A DNA stretch of 62,091 nucleotides, counting the filler, from Sphacelaria rigidula (lineage: Eukaryota): assembly GCA_964200075.2 (NCBI GenBank). It is 7 parts of 7 records of this genome, joined end to end, with 100 filler letters (N's around TTAATTAATTAA, not from the genome) between each part and the next. Parts side by side here need not be neighbours in the genome. Positions count along the whole stretch, not along the records: positions 53,309 to 62,091 come from CAXNAA020010111.1; 6 more parts are not named here. One strand, given 5' to 3'. Under the pieces are notes generated by a model that searched no databases, had not been told where the DNA came from, and saw only the letters and a program-made list of their open reading frames with translations. Positions 61,115-62,091 of the stretch are shown here, piece by piece (position 1 is the stretch's first letter; each line of letters opens with the position of its first letter). The translations under genes were made by a program, and so were the position numbers.

Positions 61115-62091
61115 GTACGCATTTTTTTTGCTCCATGCTCTGGAGGGCGGGACCATTTTCCTTCTTCCTTTTTTTTCGTCTCGTTGATTGATCCATTGGT
61201 TCATTTGCTCCATGTGTTGCCCCTTGTTGTGTGTAGTTGTGTTTGCTCACAGGTCAGCCACCTCGTCTACATCATGTTAGATCGTTCACGATGTCACGCT
61301 GCTGAAGCAAGCAATGATGTTTTCGTGGTGGGTATTTCCCGTTCTGGTGACCATCATTTTCTCGCTCTCAACTGCCCCCCCCTCCCCCTCCCCCTCCCCC
61401 TCCGCTCCTCCGGAACATCGTTTTTATCGTACATGCCCGTGGAACTTGGCTTTTTCGGAAGTCAGCACACTCTGAACAGTAGATATTATTGTATTTTTTT
61501 TACTGCGCACAGTATAGCATCTATTGTCGGTTGCAATAGATGCAACAGTTGATATTGTACGCGATACACTTTCTGACTGTACTCTTTTGTCCAGGGTGTG
61601 AAAGCCAGTAGTTGAAACTGCTCCGATGAACCCGTTCGTCACCCGTGCTCCTCGTTGAAATTGAGCCGGCGGGCCTCTTGGCGGGTGAAGAGCGGGGGCA
61701 GGAGATTCGGAATATTTGTCTATGATGAAGGAGACGGTGACTGCCAAGAACTAAAATGACCTCCACGCATGTGCCGTGTCATAATCTATTCGTGCGTGAA
61801 GAAGATGCAGCGTAGTGCCGTTACAGTACAGTTTCAGGGTAGTGTTATAACGCCAGCAGTACATGCCGTCACGCGTGTTTCCAATTCCTTCACATCGGGT
61901 GAATCAATCTCGTGAACACGACTGGTTTCCTACAGGGATCGTTCCAACCCTTTGTGAACCGTCTCCTTCCGTCGATGGGTCACCATTTCCAACCATGACT
62001 AAATGCACCTGCTCCACTCCTAGTTTTGACTCAATCTTGCAAGGGTCGGACAAATAATGATTCGTCTGGAAATTGCTTGGTTTTAGTATGA

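Overview
Eukaryotic, intron- and repeat-rich DNA (roughly balanced GC), most likely from a stramenopile such as a brown alga (inferred from gene structure and repeat style, not verified). It is not one locus. Seven contigs of 8,783-8,786 bp, sorted by length, are joined by artificial 100-nt spacers (N44-TTAATTAATTAA-N44): 1-8786, 8887-17672, 17773-26557, 26658-35441, 35542-44325, 44426-53208, 53309-62091. Recognisable genes, all partial and spliced: two head-to-head kinesin-like first exons, calreticulin (5 exons), a U2AF65-like RS-domain splicing factor (3 exons), a protein with tandem SSSCA1/ZNRD2 (Auto_anti-p27) zinc ribbons, a convergent Cys-rich GCC2/GCC3-type repeat protein, and two exons of an unknown gene. 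The rest is largely transposon-derived: LINE reverse transcriptase, copia-like gag, piggyBac-, hAT- and Stowaway-like MITEs, tRNA-derived SINE heads, foldbacks and satellites. The most striking signal is a LINE with almost no 3' UTR and no poly(A). It shares its last ~50 nt with a non-coding partner element, and both stack head-to-tail at oligo(C) tracts. Most ORFs in the supplied track are spurious.
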